Of a stretch of DNA of 33,452 nt, positions 25,098-33,159 are shown piece by piece. Where the stretch lies: positions 1-33,452 of the forward strand of contig JAITGJ010000104.1 in the NCBI GenBank assembly GCA_031280705.1. The letters run 5' to 3'. Under the pieces are notes generated by a model. The model made no database searches and had not been told where the DNA came from. It worked only from the letters and a program-made list of their open reading frames with translations. Positions within the stretch are counted from its first letter, which is position 1; each line of letters starts with the position of its first letter. This stretch comes from Spirochaetaceae bacterium. GTDB taxonomy: Bacteria; Spirochaetota; Spirochaetia; Treponematales; Breznakiellaceae. Both the position numbers and the translations under genes were made by a program.

Positions 25098-26006
25098 CTA
25101 AAACCGCCCCATGAGGCGGGAAAATACCGCTTCGGCAAGGCCGATAAGCGCGCCCAAAATGCCGCCGAACAGATTTATCCATTTGAATTGACTGGCCATC
25201 ACATCAAGCACAATTTTTTCCACCCGGATCATGTCAAGGAAGTTGATGCGGTCCTCAACCATCGTCTTTACGTCAAAGGTGCGGAGGATCGATTCGATAT
25301 TCCGGTCCGCCCGCTCAAGAATTTTTTCGGTGATAACGCGGTCTATCGCGCCGTCAGCCGGGACGCCGTCCGGGACGCCGCCCGTAAGGGCGGCGGCGAT
25401 TTTGACGAAGGCCGCCGGATCGCGGAGCAGGGCGCCGGTACGGTCAATCAGGTCGTCAACAATCCGGGGCATCCGTTCCTTTATCGTCTCGTCATAGTTG
25501 CCCGCTTCCACAAAAAAACGCTGGAAAACGCTCAGGTCCCGGTCCCGCACGCGGTCGATAATTTCCCGGCCTTCCTTTACCATCAGCCCGTGCATCCCGG
25601 GCGTTTTGAGAAACGCGGTAAGGCGGTCCACCAGGTCCGCCCAGAGGCCGCCCGGGCGCGGCGGCCCGTCCGGGCGGGTTTCACCGTCCTCCCGGACCGC
25701 GAGCACGTCCGCCACGGCTTTCCGCACGCTTTCGCGCACCGCCGCGCGGCGGAGCCGGTCCCGCACGATTTCCGGCGTGAGCAGTTCCCGCTCCACCATC
25801 GCGCCGATACTCGCGGCGAGTTTCCGCCGTTCCCGGGGCAGGATGCCGGGGGTAAAGGGAAGGCGGAGTCCCCTCCCCCGCTTTCCGGCGAAAATCCGTA
25901 TTTCCCTGAGGGGCCGGAAGAGCATTTTTATCGCTATCGCGTTGGTGATATAGCCGATGAGCGCGCCGATAAGGGGCGGCACGAGCCAGGAGAGGATCGT
26001 TTTCAC
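25098..26006 (-). CDS. DUF445-family membrane protein
   Basis: 302 aa. N-terminus LVPPLIGALIGYITNAIAIKMLFRPLREI...LPFTPGILPRERRKLAASIGAMVERELL, and C-terminal TM helix WINLFGGILGALIGLAEAVF. This is the typical DUF445 architecture. Confidence 0.8.
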   Translation of the reverse strand: MKTILSWLVPPLIGALIGYITNAIAIKMLFRPLREIRIFAGKRGRGLRLPFTPGILPRERRKLAASIGAMVERELLTPEIVRDRLRRAAVRESVRKAVADVLAVREDGETRPDGPPRPGGLWADLVDRLTAFLKTPGMHGLMVKEGREIIDRVRDRDLSVFQRFFVEAGNYDETIKERMPRIVDDLIDRTGALLRDPAAFVKIAAALTGGVPDGVPADGAIDRVITEKILERADRNIESILRTFDVKTMVEDRINFLDMIRVEKIVLDVMASQFKWINLFGGILGALIGLAEAVFSRLMGRF

Positions 26007-26404
26007 CGGGAAAGCCCTCCCGCGGCGGTTTCCGCCTGGGAGCGGTTGGTATATATGCTGATGACGGTTTCCTCAATCCAGCCCAGGCCCCCCGCTTCCG
26101 CGGAGGGAAGCACGAAGACCCAGGATTCCGCCCGTTCGTTCCGCGCCACGGAACGGCGTTCCAGGACCTCTACAATGGAACCCTGTCTGAGATAGCCCAG
26201 GGAAAGTCCCGGTTCGCCCGGTTCCGCCGAAACGCGGGTATAGGTGGAGCGAATGACGCCATAACCGATAACCGGCCGTGAAAGGGGGGGCGTGGGGGGC
26301 GGAATGACGGGAAGCGGGACGGTTTGGCGGCGGCAGGATGACAACAGCAGCAGAGCCGCCGTCAGCGCCGCTTGACCAATACGGAACGAAAAAACTATGC
26401 TCAT
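26003..26404 (-). CDS. Putative lipoprotein with SH3-like fold
   Basis: 133 aa with signal peptide plus lipobox (ALTAALLLLSS-C). The mature part is short and beta-rich (GYGVIRSTYTRVSAEPGEPGLSLGYLRQGSIVEVLER). It overlaps the DUF445 gene by 4 nt. Confidence 0.6.
   Translation of the reverse strand: MSIVFSFRIGQAALTAALLLLSSCRRQTVPLPVIPPPTPPLSRPVIGYGVIRSTYTRVSAEPGEPGLSLGYLRQGSIVEVLERRSVARNERAESWVFVLPSAEAGGLGWIEETVISIYTNRSQAETAAGGLSR
26372..26401 (+). promoter_or_regulatory. Possible sigma-70-type promoter: TTGACC, 18-bp spacer, TATGCT, for the omptin-like gene
   Basis: -35 at 26372-26377, 18-nt spacer, -10 at 26396-26401. The predicted transcription start near 26408 coincides with an in-frame GTG. 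The element lies inside the 5' end of the divergent lipoprotein gene. Confidence 0.3.
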
Positions 26405-26407
26405 GTG

Positions 26408-27457
26408 GTGAGGACTATATCACCAATTGCCCGGTTGGTCATCATGCTGACGCTTCTTGTTTCCGCCGCGGGACTGGCGGCGCAGAATACGCGGGGCGCC
26501 GCGGCCGGACAATTGGCCGGACGGAGCCAAAAATCATCCCCGCCCCCGCCGGGTATTCATTTTTCGGCGTCGGCGCTGGGCGGCGTTATGTACGGCGCGG
26601 GCATCGAACTGGTTTACGGCGCGCCAAGCGGCGCGGACTACCTTTCGCGGCTCGACTGGGACATGAAGCCGCTGTATTATTACGGCTTTGTCCTCCGCGT
26701 GCTTTTCGAGACGCCGCATCCGGCCTGGCGCCCGTTCGTCGCCTTTACGTTCAAGAACGGCCTTACCGGCAATACGGGTTTTCTTGAGGACCGGGACTGG
26801 CTGGACCAGATCCACCGCGAGCTTACCCATTTTTCACGGCACGATAATTTTACCCGCTACGCGCTCTTTCTTGATCTGAATTTCGGGACCCAGTTCCGGC
26901 CCTGGAAAACCGGTGAATCGCTCCGCTTCAATTTTTATTTCACTTTTTCATGGATGAATCTCATGTGGGAGTCGCGGGACGGATACATCCAGTACTCCCC
27001 CGGGTCAAATTCCACGCCCCCCGCATATCCCCCCTGGGATCCGTCCCTGCCGGCCATACCCAATACCGGCGCGGCGATCAACTATTCCCAGACGTGGTTT
27101 ATCGCCGCCCCCGCCGTGGGCGTGGAATTTCCCTTCCTGCGCACATTTGTTCTGGAGGCGGCCGTCGCCGCCGGTCCGCTCAATTTTTGTGTGGGAGACG
27201 ATTATCATATCAAGCGGAATATGCGCTTCCACGACAGTTCCCGGTGGGGCATTTATTTCAAGCCGGCGGTGAAGTTCCGCTTTTCGCCCGTGCGGCAGCT
27301 TACGTTCAGCGTACACGGCGCATGGACGCTTTTGACCGGCGTGTGGGGTTCGTCCCGAACGAGTACCGGCGACAGCAATAGCTGGCAGGATCAGGGAATG
27401 ACCGGCGCGGGGCTTGATCTGTGGGAAGCGGGCGTGAGCGTCAGTTTCAACCCGTAA
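26408..27457 (+). CDS. Omptin-family (peptidase A26-like) outer-membrane beta-barrel protease
   Basis: Compared with OmpT from memory: SRLDWD vs SQLDWK, LEDRDW vs MDDYDW (Asp83/Asp85 pair), HFSRHD vs HSSHP, GDDYHIKRNMRF vs DNDEHYMRDLTF (Asp210/His212 pair), and a terminal beta-strand AGVSVSFNP. The start is uncertain: TTG 26372 (track), GTG 26408 (best signal peptide, MRTISPIARLVIMLTLLVSAAGLAA-Q) or ATG 26444. Confidence 0.65.
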   Translation: MRTISPIARLVIMLTLLVSAAGLAAQNTRGAAAGQLAGRSQKSSPPPPGIHFSASALGGVMYGAGIELVYGAPSGADYLSRLDWDMKPLYYYGFVLRVLFETPHPAWRPFVAFTFKNGLTGNTGFLEDRDWLDQIHRELTHFSRHDNFTRYALFLDLNFGTQFRPWKTGESLRFNFYFTFSWMNLMWESRDGYIQYSPGSNSTPPAYPPWDPSLPAIPNTGAAINYSQTWFIAAPAVGVEFPFLRTFVLEAAVAAGPLNFCVGDDYHIKRNMRFHDSSRWGIYFKPAVKFRFSPVRQLTFSVHGAWTLLTGVWGSSRTSTGDSNSWQDQGMTGAGLDLWEAGVSVSFNP

Positions 27458-27469
27458 ACCGGTTTACGG
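27452..27469. repeat. Perfect 18-bp palindrome in a convergent gene gap
   Basis: CCGTAAACC|GGTTTACGG spans the omptin TAA stop (27455-27457) and ends 14 nt before the Nudix gene stop (27483). No T- or A-run flanks it. Confidence 0.9.
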
Positions 27470-27482
27470 CGTTCCCCCGCGT

Positions 27483-27905
27483 TTATTCCGCCGCCGCGTC
27501 AATTCCGGGGGATGCCGAAAGCGCGGGAAGGAGCAGCCGGTCCGAACCGGCAAAATCGAGGGTTTCAATTTCGGCAAGGGAAGCCCACTTCCACGCGGTA
27601 TGCTCCCGCAGGGCGGGTTCGCCCTGAAACCGTACTTCGTGAGCGTACAGGGGGCGTTCCACGCCCCGGTGGGCAAAAACGGCGCTTCCCAGAAAAGAGC
27701 CCACCGTAACGGCAAGGCCGAACTCTTCATTGAATTCCCGGATCAGCGCCGCTCTGGCGTCTTCGCCGTCTTCAACTTTGCCGCCGGGAAATTCCCACTT
27801 GCCCCCGAGCGCGCCGCCCGCCCCGCGCCGGGCAATGAAAAAAAGATTGCCCTTCCGGGCAATTCCCGCCACGGACGCGGGCGGAGACCGTTCCGCGCGC
27901 ATCAA
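27483..27905 (-). CDS. Nudix hydrolase (MutT-like nucleoside triphosphate pyrophosphohydrolase)
   Basis: 140 aa with the Nudix box GKWEFPGGKVEDGEDARAALIREFNEEFGL. Confidence 0.85.
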   Translation of the reverse strand: MMRAERSPPASVAGIARKGNLFFIARRGAGGALGGKWEFPGGKVEDGEDARAALIREFNEEFGLAVTVGSFLGSAVFAHRGVERPLYAHEVRFQGEPALREHTAWKWASLAEIETLDFAGSDRLLLPALSASPGIDAAAE

Positions 27906-28315
27906 AGAAAAAGAACGCCGGGAAAGAGAAAGTGAAGCGCCGAGGAAGCCAGGGCGGCAAAACCGGCGAATTTCCGGTATTTATCGGCCAGCGCGGAAAA
28001 TTTTTCTACTTTCTCGTCCGTAACGGTCGTGCGGCGCCGGTAATACTCGAATACCAGCAAAAAACCGGCGGCAAGCCCCGCCGCGGCCGGAACCAGATCG
28101 CCCAGTATGGGAATATCCCCGCGCAACGGACTCAAGAGTTTGAAAAGCGCCGTGAGCACGGTCAGCGCCCCCAAAACCAGCCGGGGCGTCTCCCGCCAGA
28201 GAAAGGCGGGAAGAAAACGGCCCTCTTCCTCCGGCGTGTTTTCACCGTCCGTGAGGAGCAGCGCCCCGCCGCTTGCCGCGTTTAATACAATTGATAAAAA
28301 ATAAAACTGCATCAT
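27902..28315 (-). CDS. Small integral membrane protein, unknown function
   Basis: 137 aa with about four hydrophobic helices. It overlaps the Nudix gene by 4 nt. No domain recognised. Confidence 0.55.
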   Translation of the reverse strand: MMQFYFLSIVLNAASGGALLLTDGENTPEEEGRFLPAFLWRETPRLVLGALTVLTALFKLLSPLRGDIPILGDLVPAAAGLAAGFLLVFEYYRRRTTVTDEKVEKFSALADKYRKFAGFAALASSALHFLFPGVLFL

Positions 28316-28323
28316 GCACGGTT

Positions 28324-28352
28324 ATTATACCGCCGGTTCCGAAAAATGAAAA
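28324..28352 (-). promoter_or_regulatory. Possible sigma-70-type promoter: TTTTCA, 17-bp spacer, TATAAT, ending 8 nt before ATG 28315
   Basis: On the minus strand the -10 is a perfect TATAAT (28329-28324). The -35 is a weak TTTTCA (28352-28347). AACCGTGC then precedes ATGATG, with no Shine-Dalgarno sequence. Confidence 0.3.
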
Positions 28353-28563
28353 GGCCCTGTGGCCCCGGAACATTCCCGGAGCGGGTCCGGGGAGAGGGGC
28401 CTTGAAAAAAAGCGGGGTACGGGGTATGGTGAGGGAAGAATCACACCGTTCCATGCAGCCTGTTTCGGCGGCGCAGGGGCGCGGTGTGTGTCAGGCCTCT
28501 TGTTTTTTGGGATTCCTGTCCCCGTGGTGTTTTTTTGCCCGCGGACGGACCCGTTAGTATTTT

Positions 28564-29652
28564 TTGACAACCATTACCTTTCAGTTTGGCTCCGCGCAAA
28601 CGGCGTTTTGCGTCCGGGAAACGGTTCCCGGCCTTGAAACCATTACCGGCGGACGCGCCGCGGGCGCGCTCATTGTTTGCGATGAAAACACCCGCGCCGC
28701 CGCCGGGAAAATTCGCGCGGGATATTCCGCCGCGCTTTGTGTCCTTCCGCCGGGGGAAACGGCGAAAACCTGGCGTTCCGTTGAGGCCATTCTCAAGGCC
28801 GCATCGGACGCGGGCCTTGACCGGGACGGTTTTTTTATCGGCTGCGGCGGCGGGGCCGTTACCGACCTTACCGCTTTTGCCGCTTCGGTTTACCGGCGCG
28901 GGGCCGCCCTCTGTCTTGTTTCCACCACCCTGCTCGGCATGGCGGACGCCTCCCTGGGCGGCAAGACGGGCATCGGTCTTTTTGGCGTAAAGAACCTTGC
29001 CGGAACGTTTTATCCGGCTTCCCGGGTGTACGCGCCGGTCCGGGAACTTGCCACGCTTCCGGAGCGGGAGTGGAAATCCGGCATGGCGGAAGTGATCAAA
29101 ACCGCCCTGCTTGACGAAAGCGGCGCGCTGGCGGGGATCCTCGCGGAACACCGCGCCGCGCTCGGTTCGCCGGGCGCGGCGGCAGACGGAAAAACGGCCG
29201 GGGTCATGGGCGAACTTGTTCTCCGCGCCGCGGAACTCAAGGGCCGTATTGTGGAAAAAGACCCGCTCGAAACGGGGAGCCGCCGCCTGCTCCTCAATCT
29301 GGGCCACACGTTCGGCCACGCGCTTGAAGCGGCGCGGGGGCTTGGGACCCTTACCCACGGGGAGGCGGTGGCCTGGGGCATCGCCCGGGCGGCGGAACTG
29401 GGACGCGCGGCGGGCATAACGAGCGAAAACCGGAAACGGGAAATAACGGAACTGCTTGCGTCCTGGGGCTACGAAACCGGCTTCCGGGCCGATCCGGCGC
29501 TTTTTTTTGCCGCCCTTGCCGGGGATAAAAAACGAAAAAGCGGGCGGAATATCTTTATCGTCCCCACAGAGCGGAGCGCGGAAACGCTTTCGCTCGATAT
29601 GACACTGCCAACAGAGAGGAACTTAATTGAAAAAATTATCATGGGCGCGTAG
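28564..29652 (+). CDS. aroB: 3-dehydroquinate synthase
   Basis: 362 aa with AroB motifs (GGGAVTDLTAFAASVYRRG, DASLGGKTGI, MAEVIKTALL, LNLGHTFGHALE, HGEAVAWG). TTG start. Confidence 0.9.
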   Translation: MTTITFQFGSAQTAFCVRETVPGLETITGGRAAGALIVCDENTRAAAGKIRAGYSAALCVLPPGETAKTWRSVEAILKAASDAGLDRDGFFIGCGGGAVTDLTAFAASVYRRGAALCLVSTTLLGMADASLGGKTGIGLFGVKNLAGTFYPASRVYAPVRELATLPEREWKSGMAEVIKTALLDESGALAGILAEHRAALGSPGAAADGKTAGVMGELVLRAAELKGRIVEKDPLETGSRRLLLNLGHTFGHALEAARGLGTLTHGEAVAWGIARAAELGRAAGITSENRKREITELLASWGYETGFRADPALFFAALAGDKKRKSGRNIFIVPTERSAETLSLDMTLPTERNLIEKIIMGA

Positions 29653-31240
29653 CGCGGTTTCCCGTCCGGCGCGGCTGTGGGTTTTTACCGTTCTGGTTTT
29701 CTGTTTCACGGGCGGGCCGCTCCGTTCCGGTGAAGCGCTCCCGGCCCCCGGAGAGCAGCCGCCCGCGCATGAAAACGCGGCGGGGGAATCTTTTCCGGAC
29801 ACCACCGTGTATGTGGTGCGGAACATCACGTTTAGCCGCACCGGCATTACCCGGATTTCGGCGCTTCTCTACCACGGGCACCTTAAAACCGGCGAACGTA
29901 TTACCGGCCTGCGGAATTTCGAGCGCTATATTCAGCGGCGGCGGCAGTTCCTCATTAATCAGCGCCCCCTTGAAACGGCGGAAATTGTGTGGTCCACGGG
30001 AGAACGCGAAGAAGACGGCGCGGTTCCCGTTGATCTGCTGGTAATAACCAGAGACAGTTTTAATTATTTTATTTTCCCTAAACCCCTGGTCGATTCGAAC
30101 TCCGGCCTCGATATTACGCTCAAGGCGCGGAACTACAATTTTCTGGGCACCCTCAATCCCCTCCGCATCGATTTAGGCTACGCGCTGGATTATACGCGGC
30201 GGGAAAAATCGACATTCAGCGACGGCACCTTTACCTTTCTTCTGGATTCCGACACACCCATCCGCCTTTTGAACCTCGATTTCAACATTGATTTTGATCA
30301 TGAATTTAAATTCACGCCGAATAATCCGTTTTACTACCAAAACATTACGGGCCTCTCGGTGGCGCTTCCGGTATCGTTTACGACCGCTACCATTGGACTC
30401 CGCCAGATCACCACCCTGAACGAAGACAACGAGCGGGTGTACACCTATGACGGCTGGCGGCTTTATGGCGGACAGTTTGAGCCGGCCTACACAACAACCG
30501 AAGTTTTTACCTCCTGGTCCATTCCCACGCCCCTTGAAGTGGGAGACTTCGGCAGCCTTACCTATTCGCCGCGCCTTTCGGGCCGCGTAAGCTACCGTCC
30601 GGGGAGTTCCGGGTGGGATCCCGGAGAACTCCGCCGGGGAATCATCGCGTCATTTGGCCACCAAATCGGTTTTGGGCAGATCGACTGGCGGGAAAATTTC
30701 AGGCAGGGACTGCAGGCGTCCATCAGCAACAGTATTTCCTACAACATCAATAAAAGCGATTTTTCCGCGCAGGCCGGCGTAACCGCCGCCGGACACCTTT
30801 CCATAACGCGGTTTTTCGGCGCATCCGGCCGCGTCAGGTACAACCGGATTCTTGCCGGAGCGGTGGACCATTACGCGGGCGAAGTGATTCGCGGCATCAT
30901 CGACAAAAATATCCAGACCGGCAGTATTTTCTCCCTGAACGCGGATTTTCCGTTCCAGGCGCTGCTGTTCCGTCCTTCGCGGTGGTTCAAAAAATCCGCG
31001 CTGCGTTTCTTTGATTTTGAGCTGCACCTTGCCCCAATATTTGACGCGGTACTATACCAGGACCCGGCGGATGACGGCTTTACGGGCGAAGCCGCGGCGG
31101 GCATTGAGATTATCGTGTTTCCTTTTTTTATCCGCCGTCTCTATATCCGCGCGAGTTTTGCGGCGAGCCTTCGGGACATTGCCGCATCGGGCCGCATCGG
31201 GGAATACGAATACTTTATCGGCCTTGAGCACCATTACTGA
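29627..31240 (+). CDS. Omp85/BamA-superfamily outer-membrane beta-barrel protein with one POTRA-like N-domain
   Basis: 537 aa. TTG start is preceded by AGAGAGGA. It has a signal peptide (KKLSWARSAVSRPARLWVFTVLVFCF) and a POTRA-like segment (VYVVRNITFSRTGITR...). The barrel onset ARNYNFLGTLNPLRIDLGY and an L6-like GEVIRGI motif follow. The sequence alternates in beta-strand pattern and ends in Tyr. Confidence 0.5.
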   Translation: MKKLSWARSAVSRPARLWVFTVLVFCFTGGPLRSGEALPAPGEQPPAHENAAGESFPDTTVYVVRNITFSRTGITRISALLYHGHLKTGERITGLRNFERYIQRRRQFLINQRPLETAEIVWSTGEREEDGAVPVDLLVITRDSFNYFIFPKPLVDSNSGLDITLKARNYNFLGTLNPLRIDLGYALDYTRREKSTFSDGTFTFLLDSDTPIRLLNLDFNIDFDHEFKFTPNNPFYYQNITGLSVALPVSFTTATIGLRQITTLNEDNERVYTYDGWRLYGGQFEPAYTTTEVFTSWSIPTPLEVGDFGSLTYSPRLSGRVSYRPGSSGWDPGELRRGIIASFGHQIGFGQIDWRENFRQGLQASISNSISYNINKSDFSAQAGVTAAGHLSITRFFGASGRVRYNRILAGAVDHYAGEVIRGIIDKNIQTGSIFSLNADFPFQALLFRPSRWFKKSALRFFDFELHLAPIFDAVLYQDPADDGFTGEAAAGIEIIVFPFFIRRLYIRASFAASLRDIAASGRIGEYEYFIGLEHHY

Positions 31241-31305
31241 CGGGCGCCTCTGCCCGCGCGCCGGCCCGCTCCGGGATTCGCCGCGCGGGAAGGCGGCAGC
31301 ATACC

Positions 31306-33012
31306 ATGAAACTTGACGCCCTGAAAAAAAACATCGCGCGGCTCTACCGCCTCCTCTCCCCAAAGCACAAACTGTACCTCTGCCTTCTCATCATCCTTAC
31401 CATCGGGTTTTCCCTGATAGAAATGGCCGGCATCTCGGCGATTATGCCCTTTATTTCGCTGGCCTCGAACCCCGCGCTGCTTGACGCGGGCTGGTACAAA
31501 AAAGCGTTCGATCTCCTGAATTTTACCGAACCTAAATCATTCATCTTTGCCTTTGGCGCGGGAATTGTTGTTTTCTATTTTTTCCGGGCGTTTTATTCCA
31601 TCGGCCTCACCTGGCTGATAAACCGCTACCCGCGCGCCCTGCACGTCCATTTGTCGGGAACCCTGTTCAAAACAATCCTCGCCATGCCCTATCGCCTCTA
31701 CGCAGAGAAAAATTCGGCGGATTTGATACAGATCATCGGCGGTGCGACCAACACGCTGGGTACGCTCGTATTAAACGTACTCCAGCTATGCGTGGAACTC
31801 TTTACCGTCGCGCTGGTCTATACGCTGATGCTTGTCATAAACTGGCAGATAACCATTGTTCTTACGGGCATTCTGCTTGTCATCGTACTGGGCATTACAC
31901 ACATTCTGCTTGAAAAAAATAAATCGCTCGGGAAAAAACAAACCGACGCCACAATCGGGGCGAGCCGTATTCTGCGGGAAGTGTTCGGCAATTTCAAATT
32001 CGTCCGCCTCAGGGGAAATGAGGAAACCATACTGCGCGATTACGGCGCGCTGATTACCCGGGCCGGACGCGCGGAAGCGGTCAGCAACACCCTCGGCCTG
32101 ATGCCAAAAAGCATTCTTGAAAGCATCGGGTTTTCCCTTCTGGTGGGCGCCGTCATGTTTATTCTGTGGTTCTATGACGACGCTTCCCGCATTATCCCGC
32201 TCATCTCAATGTACGCGCTTGCCCTGTACCGGATTCTTCCGGCGGTACACCGGCTGCTCCAGAATCTGAACAATATCGCCTACAGCCAATACGCGCTTAA
32301 AATAGTTGACGGCGCCATGCATCAAAGCATTGAACACGAGGGGAACGCCCCCATCGCGTTCGAAAAGTCGATCCGCCTTGAACAAATTTCTTTCAGCTAT
32401 GCGACAGGCGGCGTTATTCTGAAAAATATTTCCCTTGAAATTGCCCGGGGCGAACGAGTGGCCGTTACCGGTGAAAGCGGCAGCGGAAAATCTACGTTGA
32501 TAGATCTCATCATCGGCATACACAAACCCGATTCCGGTTTTCTCTATCTTGACGGCGCTCAGGTTACTCCGGAAAATGTCCGTTCCTGGCGCGGCAAAAT
32601 CGGCTATATTCCGCAGAGCATCTATCTTTTTGATGGCACGGTAGCGGAAAACGTAACCTTCGGCTCCCAACACGACGAAGCGCGGCTCAGGACCGTCCTG
32701 GAAATGGCCAATATTTGGGAATTTCTGGCGGACAAGGACGGCATCCACACCCGTGTCGGCGAAGAAGGCATCCAGTTGTCAGGCGGCCAGCAGCAGCGCA
32801 TCGGCATTGCCCGCGCCCTCTACCATGACCCGGATGTTTTGGTGCTTGACGAAGCCACCTCCGCCCTTGACACCGAAACAGAAGCAAAAATTATGGATGA
32901 AATTTACAGCGTCAGCAAAAACAAAACGCTGATAGTAATAGCCCATCGCTTAAGCACGGTGGAGCGCTGCGACCGGAGGATTCGCATTGAAAATGGCGGG
33001 ATTGTTTTGTGA
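31306..33012 (+). CDS. Half-size ABC exporter (TMD-NBD), PglK/WlaB-like
   Basis: 568 aa: six-TM N-domain plus an NBD with Walker A GESGSGKST, signature LSGGQQQR and Walker B VLVLDEATSALD. Several segments recall C. jejuni PglK from memory (IEMAGISAIMPFISLASNP, FGNFKFVRLRGNEE, MYALALYRILPAVHRLL, EAKIMDEIYSVSKNKTLIVIAHRLSTV). Confidence 0.9.
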   Translation: MKLDALKKNIARLYRLLSPKHKLYLCLLIILTIGFSLIEMAGISAIMPFISLASNPALLDAGWYKKAFDLLNFTEPKSFIFAFGAGIVVFYFFRAFYSIGLTWLINRYPRALHVHLSGTLFKTILAMPYRLYAEKNSADLIQIIGGATNTLGTLVLNVLQLCVELFTVALVYTLMLVINWQITIVLTGILLVIVLGITHILLEKNKSLGKKQTDATIGASRILREVFGNFKFVRLRGNEETILRDYGALITRAGRAEAVSNTLGLMPKSILESIGFSLLVGAVMFILWFYDDASRIIPLISMYALALYRILPAVHRLLQNLNNIAYSQYALKIVDGAMHQSIEHEGNAPIAFEKSIRLEQISFSYATGGVILKNISLEIARGERVAVTGESGSGKSTLIDLIIGIHKPDSGFLYLDGAQVTPENVRSWRGKIGYIPQSIYLFDGTVAENVTFGSQHDEARLRTVLEMANIWEFLADKDGIHTRVGEEGIQLSGGQQQRIGIARALYHDPDVLVLDEATSALDTETEAKIMDEIYSVSKNKTLIVIAHRLSTVERCDRRIRIENGGIVL

Positions 33013-33159
33013 ATACCGCAATGCCAAAAGGGAACTTTATGAGGGCACAAAAAATTGAAAGCGCACAATAATAAATCCCCCAATGATGAAATACCCGAAG
33101 AACTGACCGAAACCGGAGAAAAATCCGGCGTAGCGGCGGAGAATGAAGATGTCTCGGCA

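Noticed and set aside
24751-25138. ORFs translating the 21-bp array as heptad repeats (LDTRVPF/Y on the plus strand, GPAYPDT on the minus strand)
   Set aside because: Because 21 bp equals 7 codons, any frame reads as a heptad repeat. These ORFs have no Shine-Dalgarno sequence, overlap the promoter region of a well-supported gene, and the nucleotide-level dyad symmetry is better explained by DNA sites. They remain a formal alternative (see the would_refute entry of the repeat finding).
24834-26195. 453-aa plus-strand ORF spanning the repeat array and the DUF445 gene
   Set aside because: The minus-strand frame gives a clean DUF445 architecture with TM helices. The plus-strand product is Pro/Arg/Gly-rich and starts inside the tandem repeat.
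28441-29358. 305-aa minus-strand ORF antisense to aroB (and 1159-2136 antisense to rluB)
   Set aside because: AroB and RluB motifs are clear on the plus strand. The antisense translations are Arg/Gly/Lys-rich with no domain.
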